From positions 868,001 to 932,000 of the forward strand of contig JAUFOR010000008.1 of the NCBI GenBank assembly GCA_040285745.1: DNA of 64,000 nt. The letters are read 5' to 3'. How positions within the stretch are numbered: the first letter of the stretch is position 1; each line of letters opens with the position of its first letter. The notes under the pieces were generated by a model. The model did not search any database and was not told the DNA's origin. It saw only the letters and a program-made list of their open reading frames with translations. Source of the DNA: Barthelona sp. PCE (Eukaryota). Of the stretch, positions 34,896 through 44,911 are shown one piece after another. A program made the translations under genes and the position numbers.

Positions 34896-35488
34896 TGTAA
34901 AAAAGTTAAAGAAAAGAGTTAATTTGTGTTAAAGGGTAAATGAATAAGTAGAAGTTATATAAAATAACTTAAAAAAGGTTTTGAATAAACGAAAAAAAAC
35001 GAATCCTAGTTTACTATACCTTATCATAGCTCCATTGATGTTGAGTCACCAATTTCGGTTTTTTGGGCCGTGTGTTAACTTTGTATATCGAATAGAGCAT
35101 GTAAACAATTTGGGCCAACAGCAGGCTAACGATTGTAATAACCTTTTTGGATAGCTTAACTTGTTGCAGCGTGGTAGAATGATGCATAGTTACCACATGG
35201 CAACTATTAATTTATCAGAATGAAAGGGGAATTACTCTTATTTCGTTTTTCTCAATTTACATTCATTTAGCGTAATGACAACTGAAAAACATAACATTAT
35301 ACATTTATAACGGAAATTTAGTATTTAATTGTATATTATACAGGATTTTGAAGACCTGGGTTGTAGATGATTTAGTAATTCTTTTTTTTACGAATGTCTA
35401 ACATTTTAGTGATGATAACTGTTCTTATTAGGTACTGTACTAGTATAAAAATCATGTTTAATTTACTTTTTGCTAATATTTCCTTTTC

Positions 35489-36733
35489 ATGCCAGAATTA
35501 ACAGACACGAAGTTCAGTGAACTGGGGCTTGCAAACTGCATCATAAAAAACACAAGCGCCGTCGAGTTTAAGTTCGCAACACCTGTTCAGGCTGAGATCA
35601 TTCCAAAAATCCTTGATAACAAGACTGTTATTGGAAATGCACAGACGGGCAGCGGGAAGACAGCCGCTTTCGCACTCCCTATCATTCACCACCTCATTCA
35701 AGATGCTTACGGCATTTTTGCCTTAGTTATCCTTCCAACACGCGAGTTAGCACAACAGGTGTATGAGCAATTTGAGGCATTCGGGGCTGCTATGGGCATT
35801 TCGATCAATCTTATCATTGGAGGATCTGATCGATCACGTCAAAAAACTCAACTCATGACCCGACCCGAAATTGTAATTTGCACAATTGGAAGACTACTGG
35901 AACTCATTGAAGACATCGATGTCAAACGTTCCTTCCGTCGTATGCGGTATTTAGTGCTTGATGAGGCAGATTTTTTATTTGAGAATCAGTTTGATCAGCT
36001 CAATGAGTTGTTAAACTTTTTACCAAAGAACAGGCAGGATAGGGCATCTTACCAAACGCTCTTATTCACTGCAACAATGACTCCAGCAATGGAATCACTC
36101 ACAGAAAAGGTTGATGCTGTATATCGTGATAATGTTGATAACAAGGTTGTTGATAATATTAAGCAACAGTATATTCTGGTCCCTAACGCACTGAAAGAGG
36201 TAAAACTGCTGCAGATGGCGACGGATCTGCAAGAGAAGAAGCAATCTGCAATCATCTTTGTTAATCACATACCAACATGTGAAATGATTGCCAGGCTTCT
36301 GCGTGAATTTGATATTGCAGCAGTATCATTACATTCGTCTCTGACACAATCTGAGCGCTTTGATAACCTCCGTATGTTTAAGAGCATGAGTCATCGTATA
36401 CTGGTTGCCACGGATGTTGCGTCAAGAGGTATAGATATTCCAGACGTTGATAGAGTAATTCACTTCCACGTCCCGTTTTCAACCGAGACATACATTCACC
36501 GTTGTGGTCGTTGTGCACGTGGCATGTTCCGTGAAGGTGAATCCTTGCTTGTAGTCGGGCAGCGTGAGATTGATCGATTCGAAGGTATTGAAGCGGGTCT
36601 TGGGATTGAAATCGAGGGCACAGAGTATACTGATAAGGAGAGACAAGCGGACGCTGACGAGACTGGTAAGGTTATTCGTGTACGTAGATTGATTCAACTT
36701 GATTTGGAAAACGAAGGATACTACGATAAGTAA
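35489..36733 (+). CDS. DDX49: DEAD-box RNA helicase DDX49/Dbp8
   Basis: AQTGSGKTAAFALP, DAYGIFAL..PTRELA, LDEAD, ATDVASRG, YIHRCGR. Confidence 0.88.
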   Translation: MPELTDTKFSELGLANCIIKNTSAVEFKFATPVQAEIIPKILDNKTVIGNAQTGSGKTAAFALPIIHHLIQDAYGIFALVILPTRELAQQVYEQFEAFGAAMGISINLIIGGSDRSRQKTQLMTRPEIVICTIGRLLELIEDIDVKRSFRRMRYLVLDEADFLFENQFDQLNELLNFLPKNRQDRASYQTLLFTATMTPAMESLTEKVDAVYRDNVDNKVVDNIKQQYILVPNALKEVKLLQMATDLQEKKQSAIIFVNHIPTCEMIARLLREFDIAAVSLHSSLTQSERFDNLRMFKSMSHRILVATDVASRGIDIPDVDRVIHFHVPFSTETYIHRCGRCARGMFREGESLLVVGQREIDRFEGIEAGLGIEIEGTEYTDKERQADADETGKVIRVRRLIQLDLENEGYYDK

Positions 36734-36745
36734 GTAGCATATGAT

Positions 36746-38527
36746 TTATTGGTCAAGAGCCTCGAGCTCAGCCTTCTTCAAACTTAGCTTTTCTTCAAGC
36801 TGGGCTATCTCTTTTATCAGTATCTCTCTTTTGCTTAATTGATTTTGCTGAATGACATAAGGATTCTGTCCATTGATTACCTTTGACCAAAGCTTGTATT
36901 TTTGATACAACGGTCTGAGCGGTTCCTTATCCTGTCTAGTAGCTTTTCTACCATACTGTCGTTCGATTGTTTCATCAAACTTGCGAAGTTCACCCTTCAA
37001 AAAGTTCTTTGCTTCAGTAACCTGTTCCTTTGTCATCTTTGTAACATCGTCAACAATATCATGTGAGGACATGAAGTTGGACAATCGCATATTAATATCT
37101 TCAACAGTATTTGTTTGTGATTGTGTGCTTAATGGAAGAGAGCCATCATCGTAAAGCTTCTTACGGTCGATATAGCCACGCCATGCCTTTTGAATAAATA
37201 CCGCAGCCACATTGCGGTGAATTTTTTGGAGATTAAAGTATTCTGCCACTTTGGCTCTAATTGGATCCCTTGCTGTACCAGTTGGTCTCTCATTGTGCTC
37301 GAGATAGTATTGGTTTTCAAATGAATGTATCTCTTTCTTTAATGACAACAAAGTAGTACCAACCATTTTCATATCATAACGTTGCATGACATCACCAGAG
37401 ATACTAACCCATTGGTTTTTCGAGTCGACTTTACGAGCCTGTCTTGCAGTATTTGGCATTACTTCTGTGGGTACTTCCCTCTTTTTAGTGGGTGTAATGT
37501 TAATGGTTGGAACACGTTTTTTATCTTTCAGCTTCTTAATGTATTCTTCTTTTAAGCGTGATTCTCTCATCGAAACAGCGTTATCAATGGTCTCAGCAAC
37601 AACATCAATGTCATTATCGTGATGTACCATCAGTTTTGGTTGTGAACCATCCAAAAATGATCGAAAAACGTCATCCATTAATGGTATAATCAATTCCTTC
37701 TTTCTCTTGAAACCAGGACTCACCAGTTTCGAAGGCGATATGTCATGGAACGTAGTTTTGACGGGTGTAACGGGCGATTCAATTACAGGATCAGTTGGTG
37801 AGGTAGGAATTGTAGCCTTTTTACCAGTTTCAAAAACACCAGGCGGGCTGGAAATGGGAGCAGATATCTCATCAGCCATGGCAACATTAGTTTCTGGAAG
37901 CATATAAGCAACCTCATTGTTTTCAGGTTGTTGGTTATTTACCGAAACAAACATATTGTCAAACATGAGCAAGTCCTTAACGAGCTGTCCACCGAGCATC
38001 GCGTGCATATACCCACCAGACTCACTTTCTGAGCGTAGAAACCAATCAGAAATGCATTTTGAAATCTGTTCAATTGTCATCATGTTTGTCTGACTATATG
38101 AAGACAGTTCTGTAAAGTAGTCTGTGATGAACTCCAACGTCGCAGCATTGTTGGGTGGGAGAGATGAAAGGAGAACTTGTAAAAACTGAACACGCTTTTC
38201 AGTGTTTGATATTGATAATATTTCAATGAAATCATCATAAACTGCATAAGGAATGAGAGGCTCAGGTAGGCACAGAAAGAAATACCGAAGCATTCCCGCT
38301 AATTCATGAGGGGAGACCACAAAAGAGTTGAAATCAACATCTAATGCGGATTTCTTCATATTCACCCTACGCACAAACATTTCTATCTGAGACTTATTTG
38401 CTGACTCTCGAAAAAGCCCTCTAGTGCTTATTATATCGGGTTTGATTAAACGCGCCACAAGCTTAACAACGATTATCGGTACCCCATCGCTGTTTCTCTC
38501 CAATTCATGGAGATTTACACCAAACAT
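36746..38527 (-). CDS. RhoGAP with IQ motif and FAM13-like C-terminus
   Basis: GLFRES, LPEPLIP, NMMT; IQKAWRGY; LKGELRKFD...GRKATRQDKEPLRPLYQKYK. Confidence 0.85.
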   Translation of the reverse strand: MFGVNLHELERNSDGVPIIVVKLVARLIKPDIISTRGLFRESANKSQIEMFVRRVNMKKSALDVDFNSFVVSPHELAGMLRYFFLCLPEPLIPYAVYDDFIEILSISNTEKRVQFLQVLLSSLPPNNAATLEFITDYFTELSSYSQTNMMTIEQISKCISDWFLRSESESGGYMHAMLGGQLVKDLLMFDNMFVSVNNQQPENNEVAYMLPETNVAMADEISAPISSPPGVFETGKKATIPTSPTDPVIESPVTPVKTTFHDISPSKLVSPGFKRKKELIIPLMDDVFRSFLDGSQPKLMVHHDNDIDVVAETIDNAVSMRESRLKEEYIKKLKDKKRVPTINITPTKKREVPTEVMPNTARQARKVDSKNQWVSISGDVMQRYDMKMVGTTLLSLKKEIHSFENQYYLEHNERPTGTARDPIRAKVAEYFNLQKIHRNVAAVFIQKAWRGYIDRKKLYDDGSLPLSTQSQTNTVEDINMRLSNFMSSHDIVDDVTKMTKEQVTEAKNFLKGELRKFDETIERQYGRKATRQDKEPLRPLYQKYKLWSKVINGQNPYVIQQNQLSKREILIKEIAQLEEKLSLKKAELEALDQ

Positions 38528-38695
38528 AGTGAAAAAGGAGATGAAAAGAACAAAACACAAATTTTTAAGTTGAATATTTTTTGTTCGGATTATACTACTT
38601 TTCATTAACGCAGGTAGATCTAACCACCATACAAGTACACATCCGTACACATGATATCATCAAAAATTACACATGGTTATGGAGTGCTGATTTAT

Positions 38696-41600
38696 TCACA
38701 CATTAATAACTGATCTGCAATGTGGGCATGTGGGCTGTTCGCTAACCTTCAGCCAACTCGATAGACACCTTCGATGGAACGTTTGGCCGCACGTATCACA
38801 AACAATACTGGGAATCTGACCGTTAAAAAATCGGGAAAAACAAATAAGACAAGGGTTTTCAATTTCAGTAATGTAACTGTTGAACATACTGCACCACAAG
38901 TCAATAAGAATTAAAACATGATCGTTCATCTTAACATCATCATTAGGGAATTGCTTCTGAAGTAAAAATAATGGTGTATTTGCTCTTATCAAACAAGCTT
39001 TTTGAAGATCCTGCTCAAACTTAGCCAGCGAATCCTTCTTTGATACCAATCGTAGTGATGGGAACTCAAAAGGATACCTGCTCCTTAAAATTATTTTAGC
39101 ACTAACAGAAAACGTCTGTGTTGATGATGTGATCGTAATTGTTTGATCATTGTTGAAAGTCAACGTTGTGTGATCGGGGGCAATATCTTTTGACATTCGT
39201 TGTATTATTGTTAATCGATTTTGTGTGTAATAATTCATATCGTTGGTGAGTAATTTGAAAACTTGATGATAATAGATGCGACTTGTTCTAATTGTAACAG
39301 GGAAGTAATCTGCACATATTCGAACTAACAATCCAACACCAATAGAAGGATTTTCGTCAATAGACAAGAGCTGATTTCGAGAAAAAGTTTTCTCTACAAA
39401 CGCACCACCGCACAATTGAAAAACTCGATTGAACGCAAACGAAGCAAATAGATCAAGGATAACGTCCAGTTTGTTCTCAACATCAACCACATATAGAATG
39501 CAGAGTGTGATGAGTACTGCTGGAAGCAATCCCATATCGCTTGTTGATTCCAGTGACTTGATCAACGTGAATAGCAACTCTTGTGAGGCCATCAGCCTTA
39601 TTGATTCCACATTACTGTTTAGAATAATGAAGGCAATGATTCGTAGATGCAAAGCGCACATTGGTGTGGCTAGTATCTGACCAAATGGTGATAAATCGAT
39701 CATTACATTGTGTGGTAACAGCTTAAGAAGCCCAAAGAGCGTTGCGGTCATATCCTTTGTATCGGTGCAAAACAAACAGTGATTGGAAAACAACTCTACT
39801 ATGTCATCAATGCACTGAATAGCGTTTGGAGGCTGAATCACAAAAAGGCGCTGTGTGATTGGATCACATGGCTGTTTCAATAGACTGGAAAGTATGTGAT
39901 CGCGGACATCGAACCCCTTCAGGTGAAGATATAACAGAACATCAGGGTTTGTCTTATCAGCAATTTTTGGCTCGTTCACCGCAATTATCTCGTAGACATC
40001 AAGTGGAATCAAGAAGAGTAAACACCAAACATCGACTGGATCGACTAGTGATAACTTCTCGATGAAATATTTGATGATTAGTTCAGAAGGAACACTCTCG
40101 CTTGAGTATGAGAACGATTGTACTGAAGAGGAGTCTGTAACAGCCAAGGAGCTGAAATCTACACTCTTTCGAAGTAATGTGTGAATGTAAACGTGCATAC
40201 TGCTCCAATTCTCTAAAATAGAGAATTCTAAAGAGGACACATCGGTTAACAACGATAGAATAATGATGTCAGAAAGTAAGTACGGCTCACCTGTTTTGAT
40301 AAATGCGGAGCATGTTTTCTTTAACTCGGCCAGTGCCATCGACGGCATGAAATTTGGCTTTAGTAAATGAACGAAAATGCGCAATAAAACACGTTGACAT
40401 GCTTCCTTCCCCATGAAACAACCAAAACTAGAACAGCTAATCTCCGACTCTGAAGCAGATGATACTCCGCTGTATATATGGGCTTTTTTCATCACCATGA
40501 GGTAAAGAAGACGCCAATCAGGAGCTGTGTAATCCAAAAGATTCAACATTTGCTTGTGATATAGTAAGAACGAGAAATTCTTAACAACAGGGAGCAACAT
40601 AGCAGGGCTGAGGGTGTTTTCAGCGATGAGGAACATTGTACTCGCAACATTACGCTGACAGTCATTGAGTTCATCGAGTGCGAATCTTCCAATTTTTAGA
40701 AGGAACCATATTATGTGGAAGAACTCCAGAGGAGAGAGATTGACAAGCCATTTCCCACGAATATGTTTGGAAATGAAGCCTCTGTCTTGTTTAGAAAGCG
40801 ATTCCACACATCTAACTACATCAGCATGAATGAATTGATGTATATCAAGCGTGGTATCGAAAATCTGATCTGGTGTATAGTTTCCATCAGGGAAAAGATG
40901 TTCAGCAACCGATTCTTCATAGTCTTCAATACTGACAAGTGAAAAATGAACAAAACAAAAAGCGGCAACTTTTCCAGTGATATCATCAATATCAACTAAA
41001 AAGAGATGTGATAAAAGCATAGTAGCAAACCCTTTGAATCGAGGTTTGTTAGCGTTTTCACTCAAAATTGTTAACAATTGGGAAAAAACAGTACCAGATA
41101 TTAGCTTTTTCTTGATGAAAGACCGTAATATCTTGGACCAGTTGGACAATGTTGCTTTTTCACTGTTGATCTCTGTGATAAACCGTGAAACAACACTCTC
41201 TCCAAACCAGCCCTTTTCGGAAAACAAAGTAACATCGATATCATCACTTGGTTTGATTGCATCAATGAGATCAAGAACAACTGTGTACTGTACTTCATTA
41301 AGTACAGACATACAGCGTTCCATACACATTGGGAGCGTTTTGCAACGACGGTGAATTTCAATAATTGTGTGTATAACTCGGGGGTATGACATAATAGATG
41401 GATGCTCAACTGCAAATTCCAATAACAAATCTGCGGATTCTTGACGAAGCCAATAATCTGTGTGAATAATGAAAGAGTCAATCATTTTTATGAGAGAAGG
41501 AACTAAACGTTCAACATTCAATCGTTTATGATCAAGAGATACCAAAGCATCAACTTCACTTTTGATTAGCTGAAGAAAAGCCACAAGTTCATCTGCAAAA

Positions 41601-43324
41601 TGTTCCCTAAATTTGACTGCACTTTGTGGTACCGTTTGTGCAATATTTCCTATTGTTGAGAGAGCAAACGATACCATTGGTTCAAGTTTTTTTTGACCTA
41701 TTTCGTTGATGGATTCCATTGTTTCCTCACTGAAAATCACTTTAGTTATGTTAAAAAGGTTATTTAAAGCTAAATCAGGAGAAATTGAAGAAATATATTT
41801 AAAAAAAGTTGTAAATGATTGCATGTACTTCTTAGAGTTCGACACATGTTTGAAAGCCAAACCTAAGTCCATGTTCTCCAAAAACACATTGAAAAAATCA
41901 ACAACATTAACATTATCTTTCATATGAAATCCGATCTTACCTAAATACATCATGAGCTCACAGAAACATGTGATAACCGGACTATAAATAGCAATTGGTA
42001 ACTCACTGTAAATAGTTGTAGGGTGAAAAACAGCATCAACTGCTGAGGCGCATAGAAGTGCCATGCTATGATCTTTTTCAAACAATAAACGGATAGGAAG
42101 TGACCCAAACACCGGTAAAACCAACAGATAAATATTCTTATTCATTCTATTAATGTCAGTCCACACGAGATGTTTAATTAATAATTTGATAAGTTCAATT
42201 GTCCGTTCATTATAGAGTTCTTGGCTGTCAATTATCAATTGCTGATCATAGAATGTCTTTCTTAAATTATTATAATTGAGTATGATGAGCATTCTGTAAA
42301 TTGTATTAAACGATTTTTGACTAAGCTCAATATTGTTTTCTTTAAGCAAAATGTCAATTAAAGGATAATAACTGAAGATCTTAGCAACATCATTGTGACA
42401 TACATTAGCAAAGAAATATTTAGAATATGCGTTAAACAGTATTTGCAAATTTTTGTAAAGAACTTCTCTCAAATTAATTTGTTCTCGATAAAGACAGTCA
42501 ATAACAGTACTAGACATAGAATCAACATCGTTATTTAATAAAGCATCACTGATTTCATGACTTTCCTTCAAAAATTTGAAAATATTGGAAAAAACTGCAT
42601 TCTCACTTAAATAAGTCAAAATCATAGGGATATATTCTTCAGCAAGTTTGTTTAAAATCCAGCTCAGCATCGAAAAACCAAGGGTTCGACTGACAGTCTG
42701 ATAAACATGTGTATAAAAGGGAATCATTTCAAAAACTGCATTTCCGACGCGTTCATCTTCATTAGGGTCGCCTACGAGTGTTACAATATGCTTGCGGAAG
42801 TGTTTAAACGTCTTCTTAGTAAGTATACGTTGCTTTTCATCATTCAAAAGACGAAGAAAATAATCACTCGTTGAAGATGCAATTGTTGGATTTGAATCAT
42901 GCATGAATAACATCCAAAGTGGAATTAAGTCCCGAAGGATACCCTTGACATCCTTTGAAATCTTCTTAAGGAAGAAGATCCATATCTGAGCTCCCGATTC
43001 ACGGTATGAAGAACTTGAGTGTAGGTAGAGCACGTAACATGCATACTTAATCGCGGAATGTTGTTGGATTAGATCCTCTTTTCTCTGGTCCAACAAAAAG
43101 TTCTGTAGATCAGCAATAGCTCGGCCTACAGTTTTGTAGTCATTGTGTGTGAGTTGGTCACAAAGCTCAACCAGTCTTACTGGGATGATTTCATAAGTTT
43201 GAGACTCTGAATGTGTCATTAGACTCCTGGCATTTCGTAGAGTTGATAGTTTTGGTATTCTACGATCTATTAAATCTGTTAAAGCAGACGGCGGTTCTGT
43301 GCCGTCTTTCAGAGGCTCTTTCAT
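38696..43324 (-). CDS. LTN1: E3 ubiquitin ligase listerin/Ltn1
   Basis: 1542 aa HEAT-like body, RWD-like YPFEFP, C-terminal RING CLIC...CDTC..FHRRCLSSW...CPHCR. Confidence 0.85.
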   Translation of the reverse strand: MKEPLKDGTEPPSALTDLIDRRIPKLSTLRNARSLMTHSESQTYEIIPVRLVELCDQLTHNDYKTVGRAIADLQNFLLDQRKEDLIQQHSAIKYACYVLYLHSSSSYRESGAQIWIFFLKKISKDVKGILRDLIPLWMLFMHDSNPTIASSTSDYFLRLLNDEKQRILTKKTFKHFRKHIVTLVGDPNEDERVGNAVFEMIPFYTHVYQTVSRTLGFSMLSWILNKLAEEYIPMILTYLSENAVFSNIFKFLKESHEISDALLNNDVDSMSSTVIDCLYREQINLREVLYKNLQILFNAYSKYFFANVCHNDVAKIFSYYPLIDILLKENNIELSQKSFNTIYRMLIILNYNNLRKTFYDQQLIIDSQELYNERTIELIKLLIKHLVWTDINRMNKNIYLLVLPVFGSLPIRLLFEKDHSMALLCASAVDAVFHPTTIYSELPIAIYSPVITCFCELMMYLGKIGFHMKDNVNVVDFFNVFLENMDLGLAFKHVSNSKKYMQSFTTFFKYISSISPDLALNNLFNITKVIFSEETMESINEIGQKKLEPMVSFALSTIGNIAQTVPQSAVKFREHFADELVAFLQLIKSEVDALVSLDHKRLNVERLVPSLIKMIDSFIIHTDYWLRQESADLLLEFAVEHPSIMSYPRVIHTIIEIHRRCKTLPMCMERCMSVLNEVQYTVVLDLIDAIKPSDDIDVTLFSEKGWFGESVVSRFITEINSEKATLSNWSKILRSFIKKKLISGTVFSQLLTILSENANKPRFKGFATMLLSHLFLVDIDDITGKVAAFCFVHFSLVSIEDYEESVAEHLFPDGNYTPDQIFDTTLDIHQFIHADVVRCVESLSKQDRGFISKHIRGKWLVNLSPLEFFHIIWFLLKIGRFALDELNDCQRNVASTMFLIAENTLSPAMLLPVVKNFSFLLYHKQMLNLLDYTAPDWRLLYLMVMKKAHIYSGVSSASESEISCSSFGCFMGKEACQRVLLRIFVHLLKPNFMPSMALAELKKTCSAFIKTGEPYLLSDIIILSLLTDVSSLEFSILENWSSMHVYIHTLLRKSVDFSSLAVTDSSSVQSFSYSSESVPSELIIKYFIEKLSLVDPVDVWCLLFLIPLDVYEIIAVNEPKIADKTNPDVLLYLHLKGFDVRDHILSSLLKQPCDPITQRLFVIQPPNAIQCIDDIVELFSNHCLFCTDTKDMTATLFGLLKLLPHNVMIDLSPFGQILATPMCALHLRIIAFIILNSNVESIRLMASQELLFTLIKSLESTSDMGLLPAVLITLCILYVVDVENKLDVILDLFASFAFNRVFQLCGGAFVEKTFSRNQLLSIDENPSIGVGLLVRICADYFPVTIRTSRIYYHQVFKLLTNDMNYYTQNRLTIIQRMSKDIAPDHTTLTFNNDQTITITSSTQTFSVSAKIILRSRYPFEFPSLRLVSKKDSLAKFEQDLQKACLIRANTPLFLLQKQFPNDDVKMNDHVLILIDLWCSMFNSYITEIENPCLICFSRFFNGQIPSIVCDTCGQTFHRRCLSSWLKVSEQPTCPHCRSVINV

Positions 43325-43586
43325 GTTGAAATGGTGAAAGTATGTATAACAATATTCAGTTTGTGACCTTTCCTTTTGACATTCATTGAGGGACCGATTG
43401 AGTAACTAAAAAGGCTCCCTGCACTAGATAAATGTTTAAAAAATGTAATAAACAAAGTTTAACATGTCTACCCCTGATTAAAAATAATACAGCAATTCTT
43501 TAATATATTTACAATTTAAGTGGTTCTACAGCGCGCTAAGTATATGCAGCTATCACAATGAGTCGAAAATTCAATTTTGAATTGTT

Positions 43587-44495
43587 TTAGGTTAAAAATT
43601 GATGTATCAATGTTCTAGGAGATGGATTCATTTCGGACTGCATGCTATCAAAGATTTCAAACTCAGTATTATTATTACTAGTATTATTGTATAGTTGAAG
43701 AAAACGTTTGTTACTCCTCCTCTTATTGTTCAAAATTTTTGCTTTAACGTTAATAATGTCTTTTTGTGTATTAAAATCCTCTTGCTGAGTGCTTGGCATG
43801 TCTATTACAATTCTATTAAATTGTTCTGCCACCATGCACAAATCATCTTGTATGATTTTTTGAAAACATTCATTATTCTGTGATTCAACACAAAATTTTC
43901 GTTCTTTGAAGGTTATGAGTAGCTGTTCCATTGCTGAAAGTACTGAATTGAATTCTTTTGTTCTTAATTCGTCTTTTTCTAGATTAATTTCAAAACGTCG
44001 TACATTATCCAATAATAATCGTGCATTTTCTCGTAATATATGTCTGAGTTCCTTTATAGCTTGCTCTCTAGTGTCATCATGCGTGTTGAATGTGGGATAC
44101 ATATGTTTTTTGATTTGATTTCTCAATATTGGTAGCAATGCACGCTTTATCAATTTGTATCGATTATTGATCCTATTTTTGACATCTGGTGCAAGCTCTA
44201 AGTCCAAAAAGGAGTCTAACATTGGATTTTCTTCACCCATAAGCATGTGTGTCTGTGATGAACCAGCAGTTTTGGATACAAAAATGTTTTCATCACGTAA
44301 AGGTGAAGTTTCTTGACTTTTAACTGGCTTATTGTTTTCAAATTCAGTTTTTTTGGGGTCTTCAATGTCATTATGTTGTTCAACATTGATTAGTTGTACT
44401 TTTGAAGCAAGCCCTTCATTCTTAAGTAATTCAGCAAGGTAAGGGTCATCTATTGAGGTGCAAAACTTAACCGATGTGCGTTTTCTGCGGCCCAT
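43587..44495 (-). CDS. Hypothetical coiled-coil protein
   Basis: ORF from ATG 44495. Confidence 0.65.
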   Translation of the reverse strand: MGRRKRTSVKFCTSIDDPYLAELLKNEGLASKVQLINVEQHNDIEDPKKTEFENNKPVKSQETSPLRDENIFVSKTAGSSQTHMLMGEENPMLDSFLDLELAPDVKNRINNRYKLIKRALLPILRNQIKKHMYPTFNTHDDTREQAIKELRHILRENARLLLDNVRRFEINLEKDELRTKEFNSVLSAMEQLLITFKERKFCVESQNNECFQKIIQDDLCMVAEQFNRIVIDMPSTQQEDFNTQKDIINVKAKILNNKRRSNKRFLQLYNNTSNNNTEFEIFDSMQSEMNPSPRTLIHQFLT

Positions 44496-44911
44496 CTCAA
44501 AAGCGCATGAGTGAAAGAGGATGTAAATGAAATATCTTGTTTTTGTGACTGTTTTTGGGAAATATGAGGGGTTTAAGATCACATATTTCAATTTAAACCT
44601 CCATTTGTCTCATAAACTAGTCTATATGAAGCAACAAGTATCAACACTTTCTCAAGTTTAGGATCGAAATATAGGTATTAAAACAGTATAATGGGGCTCA
44701 ATGGTAATAGCTACTATTTTCTATTACAATATTTTTCTAAGTAACAGGAGAGTAGCTGATAATTTTGTAACAGGTTCTCAAAATTTCATTGTGATGATAT
44801 TTTTGGAACATCACATTGGGAAAATGCACTGTTAAAGTCTGTTGAGACGAATTAGTGTATCAGATTCGTTGAAGATTTGTTTTCAAATTTTACTCCTTTT
44901 CACTTGTTCGA

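Noticed and set aside
35014-35196. Small single-TM ORF
   Set aside because: 60 aa with no homology cue, so it cannot be supported
35331-35409. GTATAT...CTAACATTTTAG as an intron upstream of DDX49
   Set aside because: Branch spacing is off by one and it joins no reading frame. A 5' UTR intron cannot be excluded without RNA-seq.
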